From NCBI GenBank assembly GCA_965140585.1, contig OZ223269.1, positions 32,001 through 96,000 of the forward strand: a stretch of 64,000 nt of DNA, in the 5' to 3' direction. Shown piece after piece: positions 40,150 through 51,198 of the stretch (within the stretch, counting starts at the first letter, position 1; each line of letters opens with the position of its first letter). The translations under genes were made by a program, and so were the position numbers. Source of the DNA: Spirochaetia bacterium. Lineage in GTDB: Bacteria > Spirochaetota > Spirochaetia > UBA9216. Under the pieces are notes generated by a model that was given only the letters and a program-made list of their open reading frames with translations, was not told the origin of the DNA and made no database searches.

Positions 40150-41730
40150 ATGTTGTTTTTTAATACTGCAGGACCTGTCAACTTTGAAGATCATTATGCT
40201 GTGAACCTGCTTGATAGACCACAGGTTAAAGATATTTTACGTTTAATTGAACAGAAAAAATACTTTGTGCTTCATGCACCAAGGCAGACCGGTAAAACCA
40301 GCCTTCTGCTTGCTATTGCAAATGAACTAAATAAAAAGGGTGATGTAAAAGCCCTTTATCTCAATGTTGAACCCTCGGTCCTCTACCTTGATAACCCGGG
40401 TGAGTGTTTTAAAAGTATTATATTCGAACTGGCTTCCAGAGCGAGAGACTATCTTGATGACTCATATCCGGAAGAGAAGGGGCTTGAGCTTCTTCAGCAA
40501 AAGGGGCCGGGATTCGCGCTTAATGAGCTACTTACCCTCTGGTCCAAGAACTCTGAAAAACCTATCGTCCTGCTTATTGACGAGGTAGATAAGCTTGAAG
40601 GAGATGTTCTGGCCTCTTTTCTAAAGCAGCTTAGGGCCGGATTCGACAAGCGCCCGAAACTTTTTCCCCAGAGTATAATCCTATGCGGTGTAGAGGATAT
40701 CAGGTACAAGATTGTTCAAAAGGATGAGGACAAGGATATTACCGGCGGAGATCTCTTCAATATTGAAGCTAAATCAATCGAGCTTTCAACACTGACTCAG
40801 CCTGAAATTGAAAATGTCCTGAAGGATCTTAAAAAAGACCGGGATATAGACTTCAGCGAAGATGCAGCAAAGCGTCTTTATGAAATAACAAGAGGCCAGC
40901 CATGGCTAGTTAATGCTATTGCCTACGAAATAGTCGAAGAAATGGTTCCCCGAAAGGCTAACATCAAGAAGATCACGAAGATCGAGGTTGATGAAGCCAT
41001 GGAAAACATCATTCAGAGACAGGAAATCCATATAAAATCACTGATGGACAGACTTAAGGAAGACCGTGTAAGAAAGGTCATTACTCCTATTCTTATCGGT
41101 TCAGACTTTCCGGAGGAACTAAGTGATGATGATTTAAGATATCTGACTGAACTTGGAATAATTCAGCTTAACAACTCGGGCATGATCGATATTGCCAACC
41201 CGATATATCATGAAATCATCCCCCGTGCCCTTGTTAATCCGACCAAGCGTATAATCAGATACGATCTGGCCAATTACCTTGATGAAAATGCGAATCTTAA
41301 CATCCATGAAATTATGAGGACTTTCCAGCCCTTCTTCAGAAAGCATGCACCAAGCTGGAATGAGCAGTTCCTCTACCGTGAAGCCGGTTCACATCTTTTT
41401 CTACAGGCTTATCTGCAGAGAATTATTGACGGTGGCGGAAGTATAACCCGTTACTACGGGATCTCCAGGAACCAGATAAGTCTTGTACTTAACTGGCCGC
41501 ATGGAATGGAGGATCAGACCTTCATAGTTTCTTCCCGCGATATAAGCTCATCAGTAAAATCTACCATGAACGCGGCTGTGCCGTTTCTTCAGGAAGAGAT
41601 GAAGGAACATGGTCTTACTAACGGCCATCTGGTTCTTTTTTATCCGATGGGAATGAAATCATATGAAAGAAAAGCCTTCCATCAGGTCAGCAAATTCGAC
41701 GGCGGTGAAATTGAAATCTGGGGTATGTAG
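40150..41730 (+). CDS. AAA-like P-loop ATPase with C-terminal degenerate PD-(D/E)xK-like domain
   Basis: FFNTAGP, APRQTGKTS, LLIDEVD, T.GQPWLVN, FLQAYLQRI..GG. Confidence 0.85.
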   Translation: MLFFNTAGPVNFEDHYAVNLLDRPQVKDILRLIEQKKYFVLHAPRQTGKTSLLLAIANELNKKGDVKALYLNVEPSVLYLDNPGECFKSIIFELASRARDYLDDSYPEEKGLELLQQKGPGFALNELLTLWSKNSEKPIVLLIDEVDKLEGDVLASFLKQLRAGFDKRPKLFPQSIILCGVEDIRYKIVQKDEDKDITGGDLFNIEAKSIELSTLTQPEIENVLKDLKKDRDIDFSEDAAKRLYEITRGQPWLVNAIAYEIVEEMVPRKANIKKITKIEVDEAMENIIQRQEIHIKSLMDRLKEDRVRKVITPILIGSDFPEELSDDDLRYLTELGIIQLNNSGMIDIANPIYHEIIPRALVNPTKRIIRYDLANYLDENANLNIHEIMRTFQPFFRKHAPSWNEQFLYREAGSHLFLQAYLQRIIDGGGSITRYYGISRNQISLVLNWPHGMEDQTFIVSSRDISSSVKSTMNAAVPFLQEEMKEHGLTNGHLVLFYPMGMKSYERKAFHQVSKFDGGEIEIWGM

Positions 41731-41772
41731 ACCCGAGATTGATATTCATTATCTGTATTAATTAGAGATGAC

Positions 41773-41800
41773 GGGGAATCCCCACGGTGTTCCCTTTTTT
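41773..41800 (+). terminator. probable intrinsic terminator
   Basis: GGGAA...TTCCC stem followed by a T-run. Confidence 0.5.
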
Positions 41801-41879
41801 ATTACATGGCTGCAGCTATAAATCCAGGTTATAGGCTGATTTTCTTGCAAATTCCCCTCTGATAAAATATATTTGTTGT

Positions 41880-42929
41880 ATGAATTCTAAACAGCAGAAA
41901 CAGATAATACTTGTTGTTGATGATATGCCGGATAATATCTCCTTGCTTTCAAGTATCCTTGCCGGAAGCTACAAGGTAAAAGCTGCAAACAGTGGTAATA
42001 AAGCGATAAAAATAGCCTTTGATACACCACCGGATCTGATTCTGCTGGACATAATGATGCCCGAACTTGATGGATACGAAGTATGTAAAACTCTAAAAAA
42101 TGACCTGAGGACAAGGCATATTCCAATAATTTTCATCACAGCACTCGGCGAGGTCGAAGATGAAAAGACAGGTTTTGATTATGGAGCTTCAGACTACATT
42201 ACAAAACCAGTCAGTCCTCCAATTGTTCTGGCCAGGGTTAAAAATCACCTTGCCCTGTATGATCAGAACAGAGAGCTGGAAAGAAAGGTTGCTGAACGTA
42301 CAACGGCATTAGCGCGCAGCCGTTTTGAAATAATACGGAGGCTGGGGCTTGCCTCTGAATACAAAGACAATGAAACCGGTCTTCATGTTGAACGTATGAG
42401 TTATTACTGTCATGTTCTCGCCAAGGGTATAGGTCTTCCCAGTATTGAGACTGATATAATTCTTAATGCTACTCCAATGCATGATGTAGGTAAAATAGGT
42501 ATTCCCGATAAAATTCTACAAAAGCCAGGCAGGCTTACAGATGATGAAATTATAATAATGCAGAAACACGCCCAGTTCGGAGCCGATATCATAGGTGAAC
42601 ATGATGATCCTATGCTTCAGGCTGCCAGGGAAGTTGCCTTGACACATCATGAAAAATGGGACGGGACCGGCTATCCAAACCGACTGGCCGGTGAAAAGAT
42701 TCCAATAATAGGCAGAATAGCTGCTGTAGCAGATGTTTTTGATGCCCTGACAAGTGAACGCCCGTACAAGGAAGCCTGGGCTGTTGATAGGGCTGTAGAT
42801 CTGCTGCGGGATGAGAGCGGAAGGCATTTTGATCCTGTACTTATTGAAGTTTTTCTGGATAACCTGCATGAGATCATTAAAATCAAGGAAAGTCATTCAG
42901 ATAAATTAAGCGGGTTTCCGGAGAAATAA
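41880..42929 (+). CDS. REC + HD-GYP response regulator (RpfG-like c-di-GMP phosphodiesterase)
   Basis: VVDD, LLDIMMP, MHDVGKIGIPD, HHEKWDGTGYP, DVFDALTS.RPYK. Confidence 0.93.
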   Translation: MNSKQQKQIILVVDDMPDNISLLSSILAGSYKVKAANSGNKAIKIAFDTPPDLILLDIMMPELDGYEVCKTLKNDLRTRHIPIIFITALGEVEDEKTGFDYGASDYITKPVSPPIVLARVKNHLALYDQNRELERKVAERTTALARSRFEIIRRLGLASEYKDNETGLHVERMSYYCHVLAKGIGLPSIETDIILNATPMHDVGKIGIPDKILQKPGRLTDDEIIIMQKHAQFGADIIGEHDDPMLQAAREVALTHHEKWDGTGYPNRLAGEKIPIIGRIAAVADVFDALTSERPYKEAWAVDRAVDLLRDESGRHFDPVLIEVFLDNLHEIIKIKESHSDKLSGFPEK

Positions 42930-45900
42930 TTGCGTATAAAAAAATTCATCAGACTTGGCTTTTCAGTCGCTCTTATAGCCATCATTACAGTTCAAATGTT
43001 TTTAATAAGATTCGCTGTTGAACGAATAATTCAAGAGTTTCAGAAAACTGAGATCCTTAAAAATGCAGAGCAGTTCAATGCTTTTTTTCAATTCAGGATG
43101 AAATCTATCGACAGTACACTTAAAGACTATGCATACTGGGATGAAACCTGGGAGTTTGCAGGTGATTTTAATATTGAGTATCAGGAAGAAAATCTTGAAA
43201 TCGAATGTTTTTCAAACCTGAATCTCAGAGGGGTCGTTTTCCTTAATAATGAGATGAATCCTGTTTATACTGATTTCATTGATTCTGAATCAAAGCATGT
43301 TTCTGATCTGAACTTTACATCAGATTCCTATTTCAGCGCAAAATATCCTGTTATTGATTCGGATACCGAAACAAGCGGGGGTTTTGCAGGAAGTAAGGAC
43401 GGTGAAATTTATCTGATTGTACGAAGGCCCGTATTTAGAAACGGCGGATCGGGAGAGCAGCGCGGCTGGATGTTATTCATATCGTCTTTTAGCAATGAAA
43501 TACTTGACAGCTACGAAAAAATACTCGGGTTCCAACTGATGATGCACACCGTTGATATCACTTCAACTCAGGAGGTTGAACCCGGAACATTGATCAACTT
43601 TAATGTAGATTCTTCAAGGGATGCTCACGCGTCTGTTATCTATAAAGATGTACTGGACCGGAAAAATTTTAGCCTGGAAATAGTAGATGACGGAAGTCAA
43701 TTCAATAATGTTCGTATTGGAGTAGTACTCTATGCAATAACTATAATACTGATTCTGGTACTGATCTCCATGGCGGCCTTTCGTTTTATCGAAAAAAATA
43801 TTATCAGGCGGATAGTCAGAATCTCAAAAGATCTTACAGAACTTGCTGTACACAGGGATTTTACCAAAAGAATCTCTGCATCCGGGAATGATGAAATTAC
43901 TAATTTAAGCACCGGAATAAATTCCATGCTGGATACAATAGAAGAATCTCGTATGACTCTTGTAACAAATGAAGAGTTTCTTACCCGGCTGCTTAATTCA
44001 ATTCCAACCGGTGTATACCTTATTGACCCTGAGACCAGTAAAATTGAAGAAATCAATATGCATGCCCTTAAGCTTCTCGGTCGTGATCGGATAGATGTTA
44101 TCGGTCATCAATGCAAGGGTATAACCTGTCCCGAAAATGGAATATGCTACCGGGATTTCGGTAGCAGTACTTTTCAGAATATACGGCATACTATTTTTTC
44201 AAAAGATGGAACCCAAATACCTGTAATAAAATCTGTCAGCCGTATTGAACGGCATGGAAAGCAATTCATACTTGAAACCTTTACAGATATTACTGAGCTG
44301 GAAAAGGCTACAAGAGAACTTGAGCAGGCCAGGGTTGTGCTTGAAGAGCGTGTGGCAGAACGTACCGCAAGGCTTAAGTCAATTCTTGATACCGCTATGA
44401 ATGGTATTATAGTTATGGATCATTTTGGTGTGATCACTTTTTTCAGTCCTTCAGCGGAAGAGCTATTTGATTATAAATCTGAAGAAATAATTGGAACTAA
44501 TTTCGAACTGCTGCTTTCAGAACCTCATCGATCAAAAGTTCATACGGCTCTTGAAAATTTCAGAAACGGAAATGAGCTGATTTTCCTCGGTAGTCGGCAC
44601 CAGATTTCTGCACTTAAAAAAGGCGACATTCATTTTTCTATAGAAATTGCAGCTAATGAAACTGAAATTGAGAACGAGAGGTATATTGTCGCAATGGCAA
44701 GGGATATAACTGCTGAACTTATGGTACAGCAGTCTGTTGAACGCGAAAAGGAAAATCTGGCGACCATCCTGGAATCAAGTCCCGTAGGAGTCGGAATTGT
44801 TGTCGATGGAAAAACCGTGTATGCCAACTCAACAATGAGACTGATGGGAATGGAAGTGGGCGAATTTGCAGTCGACGTTTATACAGATAAGGCCGATCAC
44901 GAAGAAGTATTAAGAATCTTCCGGTCCAACGGATACTGTCCGAACTTTGAAACAAGATTGAACGGTTTCGATGGAATAAGGGATGTTCTGCTTTCAGTTT
45001 ATCCATTCGATTATGATGGTAAACCCGGGGTTCTTGGATGGAACGTTGATATAACCGAACGAAAGCAAATGGAAGATGAACTTCGTCAAAGCCGTCAGAA
45101 ATATGAACGTCTGATTGATGAGCTCGGTGACAATTTTCTTATTTTTAGTCATGATGCGGAAGGTATACTGCTGTTCATAAGTGAAGGTGTAAGTTCTGTA
45201 TTCGGTGTTTCCAAAGAGGATGTCATTGGAAGGAAATGGCAGGAACAATTTGACTGGATGCCCGGTTCAGTAGAAATTGCGGCCGGCAATGTTGAAAAAT
45301 TCTATGACGGTACCAGTTTTTTTAATCAGTTTGAGTTGCAGTATCACCATCCTGATGGTGATATAAGAACTTTGATGGTGGCACATCATCCGGTATTTGA
45401 TGAAGACGGACAAATTCAGTCGGTCGACGGTCTTATTGAAGATATCACCATGCGTAAAAAGGCTGAGCTTGAGCTTGCGGACGCAAAGGAAGCGGCTGAA
45501 GAGGCTACCAGGGTAAAATCAGACTTTCTTGCCAACATGTCTCACGAAATCAGAACTCCCATGAACGCTATAATCGGACTGTCGCATCTGGCAATGCAGT
45601 CAGGACTTAACCCGAAGCAGCAGGGCTATATTTCAAAGGTGTACCGTGCTGCAGAGAATCTGCTTGGGATACTCAATGATATTCTTGATTTTTCAAAAAT
45701 CGAAGCCGGTAAAATTGATCTTGAAAATATTGATTTCTTTCTTGAGGATGTTTTTGAAAATCTTGCCAACATAATAAGTTATCGAATCGAAGATTCAGGT
45801 CTCGAGCTTATGTTTGACATCTCACCATCTACACCAACCGCACTTAACGGAGATCCTCTCAGGCTTGAGCAAATTCTGATTAATCTTGCTAATAATGCTG

Positions 45901-47696
45901 TGAAATTCACCGAAAAAGGAGAGATCGTAATCGGCGTGAGAGTAGATGACTGTTCCGGAAAAAGCTGCCAGTATCATTTCTGGGTCCGTGATACAGGCAT
46001 CGGTCTGACAGATGAGCAGCAGAATAAGCTTTTTCAGCAGTTCAGTCAGGCAGATACGTCCACAACCAGAAAATATGGAGGAACCGGGCTTGGTCTTGCT
46101 ATCTGCAGGAAACTGACTCAGCTTATGGAAGGTGAAATCTGGGTTGACAGTGAAGCCGGAAAGGGCAGTACATTTCATTTCACTGTGAATCTTGCCAGGC
46201 AGGAAGATGAACATGAGCGCTTCCCTGATCACAGCAGTATTGATGAACTTAAAATACTTATCGTTGATGATAACTCAACTTCTCTGCTTATTTTATCTGA
46301 AATTCTGGTTAGTTTTAAATTTATAATTGATACTGCATCCTCTTCTGACGAGGCGGTTTTAAAACTTTCAGATCCGGATAAAAAATTCGATCTTGTGCTT
46401 ATGGATTGGAATCTGCCCGGCAGGGACGGCATAGATACAGTAAAAATGATTAATAAATCTGAAGAGATTGAACACAAACCATCAGTTATAATGATGACCG
46501 CCTACGGCCGTGATGATGCTATCAATGCCAGTCGCGGAGTAGATAATATTGCAGAATATCTTTCAAAGCCTATTATGCCTTCATCTCTTCTTGATGCGGT
46601 ACTTGCTGCGACAGGCAGCAAAGTCAGAAGTGCCCGAAGAATTGATATACATACAGAGATGATTAGTTCCGTGAAATCCGGATTAAAGGGTGCCCGGATA
46701 CTGCTTGTTGAGGATAATGCAATAAATCAGGAAGTAGCTATTGAGCTCCTTTCCAGTGCTGGAATAGAGGTCACTCTGGCTGAAAACGGGCTGGAGGCTG
46801 TAGAGCTTGTTTTAAAAGAGGATTTCGACGGTGTTCTTATGGACTGTCAGCTGCCTGTAATGGATGGTTACGAGGCTACAGAAAAAATAAGGGAAAACGC
46901 TGCGTATTCAGAGCTGCCTATCATTGCAATGACTGCAAACGTTCTGTCAGGAGACAGAGAGAAGTCGCTTAAAGCCGGAATGAATGACCATGTTGGAAAA
47001 CCTGTTAATCCCTCAGAGTTGTTTTCAGTACTTGGGCAATGGATACGGAAGGGGGAAATCATTCATCATGGTGAAGATATTTCAATAGATAATGACATTC
47101 TACCGGAATTATCTGATATTCCAGGGTTGGATACAGAAGCCGGATTATCTGTAGTACAGGGCAATACAGCTCTGTATATACGTCTTCTGGGCAAATATGT
47201 TGAGATGCATGATGATTTTTCTAAGCAGTTTGAAAAAGCGCTTGCTGAAAGTTCTGAAGCATCAACCCGTCTTGCTCATTCGCTAAAAGGATCTTCGGGG
47301 AATATTGGTGCAAATGCTGTAAGAAAGGCCGCTTCGCAGCTTGAAGCAGCCTGCAGGGACAAGGCTGAAAAGAGTGAACTCAATTATATAATTGAACGTG
47401 TAAGTCTTAATCTTTCTGATCTGATTGCTGATATTAAAGAGCATATAATTGAACTGCAGCCGGGGATTCATGAGACGAAAGAGGATAACGGACTTTCTTT
47501 GACCTCTGAAATGATGGATAAGATGGAGCATCTTCTTGCTGAAAATGATACAGAGGCGGTTATTTATCTTGAAACCTTTACCGAGGCTGTTGGACAAAAG
47601 CAGTTTACACCGGCATTCAGGAAATTTGTGAAGACTGTTGAAAATTATGATTTTGAAAAGGCTCTTGATAATCTGCGGAAGCTGAAATTAAAATAG
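42930..47696 (+). CDS. hybrid sensor kinase CHASE4-HAMP-multi-PAS-HisKA-HATPase-REC-REC-HPt
   Basis: DYAYWDE (CHASE4), [26 protein letters not shown], two receiver domains, AHSLKG (HPt). Confidence 0.92.
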   Translation: MRIKKFIRLGFSVALIAIITVQMFLIRFAVERIIQEFQKTEILKNAEQFNAFFQFRMKSIDSTLKDYAYWDETWEFAGDFNIEYQEENLEIECFSNLNLRGVVFLNNEMNPVYTDFIDSESKHVSDLNFTSDSYFSAKYPVIDSDTETSGGFAGSKDGEIYLIVRRPVFRNGGSGEQRGWMLFISSFSNEILDSYEKILGFQLMMHTVDITSTQEVEPGTLINFNVDSSRDAHASVIYKDVLDRKNFSLEIVDDGSQFNNVRIGVVLYAITIILILVLISMAAFRFIEKNIIRRIVRISKDLTELAVHRDFTKRISASGNDEITNLSTGINSMLDTIEESRMTLVTNEEFLTRLLNSIPTGVYLIDPETSKIEEINMHALKLLGRDRIDVIGHQCKGITCPENGICYRDFGSSTFQNIRHTIFSKDGTQIPVIKSVSRIERHGKQFILETFTDITELEKATRELEQARVVLEERVAERTARLKSILDTAMNGIIVMDHFGVITFFSPSAEELFDYKSEEIIGTNFELLLSEPHRSKVHTALENFRNGNELIFLGSRHQISALKKGDIHFSIEIAANETEIENERYIVAMARDITAELMVQQSVEREKENLATILESSPVGVGIVVDGKTVYANSTMRLMGMEVGEFAVDVYTDKADHEEVLRIFRSNGYCPNFETRLNGFDGIRDVLLSVYPFDYDGKPGVLGWNVDITERKQMEDELRQSRQKYERLIDELGDNFLIFSHDAEGILLFISEGVSSVFGVSKEDVIGRKWQEQFDWMPGSVEIAAGNVEKFYDGTSFFNQFELQYHHPDGDIRTLMVAHHPVFDEDGQIQSVDGLIEDITMRKKAELELADAKEAAEEATRVKSDFLANMSHEIRTPMNAIIGLSHLAMQSGLNPKQQGYISKVYRAAENLLGILNDILDFSKIEAGKIDLENIDFFLEDVFENLANIISYRIEDSGLELMFDISPSTPTALNGDPLRLEQILINLANNAVKFTEKGEIVIGVRVDDCSGKSCQYHFWVRDTGIGLTDEQQNKLFQQFSQADTSTTRKYGGTGLGLAICRKLTQLMEGEIWVDSEAGKGSTFHFTVNLARQEDEHERFPDHSSIDELKILIVDDNSTSLLILSEILVSFKFIIDTASSSDEAVLKLSDPDKKFDLVLMDWNLPGRDGIDTVKMINKSEEIEHKPSVIMMTAYGRDDAINASRGVDNIAEYLSKPIMPSSLLDAVLAATGSKVRSARRIDIHTEMISSVKSGLKGARILLVEDNAINQEVAIELLSSAGIEVTLAENGLEAVELVLKEDFDGVLMDCQLPVMDGYEATEKIRENAAYSELPIIAMTANVLSGDREKSLKAGMNDHVGKPVNPSELFSVLGQWIRKGEIIHHGEDISIDNDILPELSDIPGLDTEAGLSVVQGNTALYIRLLGKYVEMHDDFSKQFEKALAESSEASTRLAHSLKGSSGNIGANAVRKAASQLEAACRDKAEKSELNYIIERVSLNLSDLIADIKEHIIELQPGIHETKEDNGLSLTSEMMDKMEHLLAENDTEAVIYLETFTEAVGQKQFTPAFRKFVKTVENYDFEKALDNLRKLKLK

Positions 47697-47727
47697 CGGC
47701 TGTAAATCCTCACAGCCGCTTTATTTT
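47691..47727. terminator. bidirectional terminator between convergent genes
   Basis: AGCGGCTGT...ACAGCCGCT flanked by A/T tracts. Confidence 0.65.
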
Positions 47728-47747
47728 CTGTTTATCAAATTAAAAAA

Positions 47748-48797
47748 TCAGAATCCCAGTACTTCAGGGTTAGGGATGGACGATAGTACCGGAAGGGTAT
47801 CAATGCTTCTGGCTCCGAGCTTTGCAAGTTCATAACGAACCTTTGCCAGCGGCACATCAGGATTGCCTGTTTCAATCTGAATTGAATACTGTGCAAATGT
47901 TTTACCCTCATTTATAGTGGGCTCATCTGCGAAAAGATTATTCTCGGAAAGGTATTCGGTAACTGCAGACTCTGAAGCTGAGGGAACATTGAAAACCAGC
48001 AGCACTTTATCTTCAGCATGGATTGATCCGTAGAGATTTAGAAGAAACATTTTGAGAAGATCATTTTTTTCCGGATCCTCTTTAAGCGATTTGTTTATCC
48101 AGATTCCGGTTTCACTGGTCATTATTTCGTCGATAATCTTCAGTCCGTAACTTCTAAGTGCGCTGCCCGACTGTGTTATCTCAATTCCCAGATCGGCGCC
48201 TCCGTTTTTAACCTTGGCTTCTGTTTTACCCCATGTTTCATAGACAACTATGCCGCTGTCGTTTTTAGGGGGAGTTTTGTATTTTTGTACCGACCATTTA
48301 CTGAAACGGTCATACTCACCGATTTCTTTCAAATTCTTATGAAGCCATTCCACAGCAAGGTAGGGCATTTCTGAAACTACATTTATCAGTTTTTTCTCTG
48401 AACATAGACGTTTCAGCAAGTCTTTGATGTTCTCTGCAGGATCATCACCATTCGCTATACCGACAATCCTTACTCCGCCCCTTTTCAGGGACAGTACCTT
48501 TTCCACATCAAGGGTCTTTCCGTATTCAATTGAAAGCTCCGCTTCACGTTCATGAATCCAGTCATCGCCCGCAATTGCCACATCAAGTTCATTCAACATC
48601 ATCTGGGCGCCGAACTCCTGAGGCCGTCCATCCCATCCGAAAAAATAGTTCACTGTCTGGAAGCTTGTTGGTCCCCCGGATTCATATCCTTTAGTTTTAA
48701 AGCCTGCTTCTTCAAGCAGGTTTATAAGGTTTCCGCCGCGGCCCGGGTTTGCAAGCGAGCCTGCCGGCATTCCGATAATCAGCTGTTTATTACTCAT
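47748..48797 (-). CDS. hisG: ATP phosphoribosyltransferase, divergent long form
   Basis: GMPAGSL, RPQE, D.AIAGDDW, WGKTEAK, EITQSGSALR, C-terminal regulatory domain; directly downstream of hisI. Confidence 0.8.
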   Translation of the reverse strand: MSNKQLIIGMPAGSLANPGRGGNLINLLEEAGFKTKGYESGGPTSFQTVNYFFGWDGRPQEFGAQMMLNELDVAIAGDDWIHEREAELSIEYGKTLDVEKVLSLKRGGVRIVGIANGDDPAENIKDLLKRLCSEKKLINVVSEMPYLAVEWLHKNLKEIGEYDRFSKWSVQKYKTPPKNDSGIVVYETWGKTEAKVKNGGADLGIEITQSGSALRSYGLKIIDEIMTSETGIWINKSLKEDPEKNDLLKMFLLNLYGSIHAEDKVLLVFNVPSASESAVTEYLSENNLFADEPTINEGKTFAQYSIQIETGNPDVPLAKVRYELAKLGARSIDTLPVLSSIPNPEVLGF

Positions 48798-49183
48798 TTT
48801 TCAACAAACTCCAGCTTCATATCAGGTGTAATTTTACGGTAATAGCAGGATGTGTGCGGACCTCCGTCCTCTTTTTTTGCGTGACAGGCTCCCTTACCCT
48901 GAGGAACAACCAGATACACAAGGGAATTCTGCTCGCAGTTGATCCTTATTTCTTCAATTTTGAGCATATCACCGCTTGTCATTCCCTTTTTCCAGAGTTC
49001 CTTCCTGCTGCGGCTCCAGTAGGTGGCATAACCGCTTTTTATTGTTTCATCAAAAGCTGTCTTATTCGCGAATGCAAGTATTAAAACCTCTTTGGTATTC
49101 ACATCCTGGGTAACTACCGGAATCAGTGTTTCGCCGTCCGGCCCGAAATCAATTAATAAATCTTCTGTATATTCTTTACTCAT
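48794..49183 (-). CDS. hisI: phosphoribosyl-AMP cyclohydrolase
   Basis: LIPVVTQD, YWSRSRKELWKKG.TSG, NCEQ, ACH, SCYYR. Confidence 0.9.
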   Translation of the reverse strand: MSKEYTEDLLIDFGPDGETLIPVVTQDVNTKEVLILAFANKTAFDETIKSGYATYWSRSRKELWKKGMTSGDMLKIEEIRINCEQNSLVYLVVPQGKGACHAKKEDGGPHTSCYYRKITPDMKLEFVEK

Positions 49184-49301
49184 AACCAGCCAATTTTACA
49201 GTATAATTCCCGGAATTGAAAGCAAAGTTTAGTCTTGCAATACAGCATGATTTCTGAAAGAATAGGGTCGTCCTATCAAACCTGATTATGAGAGTTTTAC
49301 T

Positions 49302-51179
49302 GTGCTATTAAAAAACAGGATATTTTATTTTGTACATCTGATTATTCTATCACTCATTACTGTTACGGCAGCTTTCAGCAGCGATTTAATTGAAAACCGT
49401 TTTATCAAACCTTCGATGGTTATTGAGGCTACCGGAGGTACACTTTATGCAGCTGCACCTGATTACGGCTTTCTTTTTTCAGCTGACGGCGGGAATAAAT
49501 GGGAAAGGCGCAATACCGGCCTGCCCTCAAAGATCGTATATCCGTTTGACCAGGATGAGATTGAAACCCTCACTTCAATCTCATACGACCCCGCTGATGA
49601 CGGCCGCATTGCATGTACAACAGCTTACGGACTTTTCCTCAGCAGCGACAGGGGGATGTCCTGGAAGGCTGTCCCGCTTGGAGACCCTATAGCCCGTTCC
49701 AATTATTTAACATCAGTTTCCCTCAATTCGGAAGATCATAATAGAATTCTTATTGCCACTTCATTCAGCGGTATATTTGAAACTACCGATTCAGGAAAAA
49801 CCTGGAAGGAAATTGCTGAAAAGGAAATTATCTACCGGGGAGCCGGATTCAACGAGGAAATAGCAGCCGCTTTTTACGTGCCCGGCGAAAACGGAGCCTT
49901 ATATGTTGCATATTCCTTCGGGAATGGACTTTATAAAAGTGATGATTCACGGAAAACCTGGAGCATGGTTTCAGGATTTTCAGAAACGAAAAGCATGCAG
50001 AACGCCTATTTTATAAGTACCGGCCGAATACGAATTGATTTCGGGTCCGAGCAGGCTGAATATTTTCCTGAAGATGATACCTGGAGTGATATTTTTCCGG
50101 ATGCTTTTTACAGGGCGCCTGCAGGACCTGCGAGAGCTGCACGTCTTGATTCCGCGGCTGATCATACAGGTCTGTATATTGGTCCTGGACATACAACGGG
50201 CCAGAGGCTTGAAAATCATCTGGATTTCATGGAAAGAAACGGCCTTGATTCAATTGTCATAGATATAAAAGATGATTTCGGCTACCTTACCTATGATTCC
50301 AGGCTCGACTTTCCACTGTCCATCGGGGCTGTAAAAAAACGAACTGATCTGGATTATCTTATCAACCGGGTTCATGAACGCGGCTTCTACGTTATAGGCC
50401 GCATCGTTGTATTCAAAGATCAGCAGCTGTTTAATTATTCAAATCACAAGTATGCCCTATGGGACAAATACAGTGATGAGCCCTGGCGGTATCTGATTAA
50501 GATTGTTGATGATGATACCGGAGAGGTCAGTTATGAGCAGCGTGAGTACTGGGTAGATCCATTTAACCCTGCTGTCTGGAAGTATAATGCCGATATTGCA
50601 GAGGAGCTGCAGGAACGCGGTGTTGATGAAATACAGTTTGACTATATCCGCTTTCCCTCCGACGGCAATACATCAAGAATCAAGTTTAACGCTATCCGCC
50701 CGGGAATGACACGCATAAATGCACTCGAATCCTTTTTCAGGCTGATCAGGGAACGCATTCACGTACCCATCAGTACCGACCTCTACGGTTTCAATACCTA
50801 CTACCGTATGGGCAACTGGATCGGGCAGAACATTGAAATGCTTGCCGACTACGTTGATGTAATATGTCCTATGTACTATCCCTCTCATTTCCCCCGCAAT
50901 TTTATGAGGGATGTTCCCTACATCGAACGGGCCGGAAAGATTTATAATGAGGGGACCTTGAGAGCTGCGGAAATTACTGAAGGCAGAAGCCTTATCCGGC
51001 CCTATGTCCAGGCATTTCTACTTCCCTCCGAGTACTACATGGAAGAGGAAGACTATCACCGTTATCTGCTGATTCAGCTGGAAGCCTGCCGTGAGGCTGA
51101 GTCCTCAGGCTGGTCACTCTGGAATATGTCCAACCGGTACTACATGGTCCCTGAGCCGCTCGGTGACTACCTTAAATAG
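49302..51179 (+). CDS. BNR/Asp-box propeller fused to DUF4015 putative glycoside hydrolase
   Basis: S.D.G..W repeats; IDIKDDFG, GRIVVFKD, DEIQFDYIRFP, PMYYPSHF. Confidence 0.82.
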   Translation: MLLKNRIFYFVHLIILSLITVTAAFSSDLIENRFIKPSMVIEATGGTLYAAAPDYGFLFSADGGNKWERRNTGLPSKIVYPFDQDEIETLTSISYDPADDGRIACTTAYGLFLSSDRGMSWKAVPLGDPIARSNYLTSVSLNSEDHNRILIATSFSGIFETTDSGKTWKEIAEKEIIYRGAGFNEEIAAAFYVPGENGALYVAYSFGNGLYKSDDSRKTWSMVSGFSETKSMQNAYFISTGRIRIDFGSEQAEYFPEDDTWSDIFPDAFYRAPAGPARAARLDSAADHTGLYIGPGHTTGQRLENHLDFMERNGLDSIVIDIKDDFGYLTYDSRLDFPLSIGAVKKRTDLDYLINRVHERGFYVIGRIVVFKDQQLFNYSNHKYALWDKYSDEPWRYLIKIVDDDTGEVSYEQREYWVDPFNPAVWKYNADIAEELQERGVDEIQFDYIRFPSDGNTSRIKFNAIRPGMTRINALESFFRLIRERIHVPISTDLYGFNTYYRMGNWIGQNIEMLADYVDVICPMYYPSHFPRNFMRDVPYIERAGKIYNEGTLRAAEITEGRSLIRPYVQAFLLPSEYYMEEEDYHRYLLIQLEACREAESSGWSLWNMSNRYYMVPEPLGDYLK

Positions 51180-51198
51180 AGACTGACATCTTTGTCAG

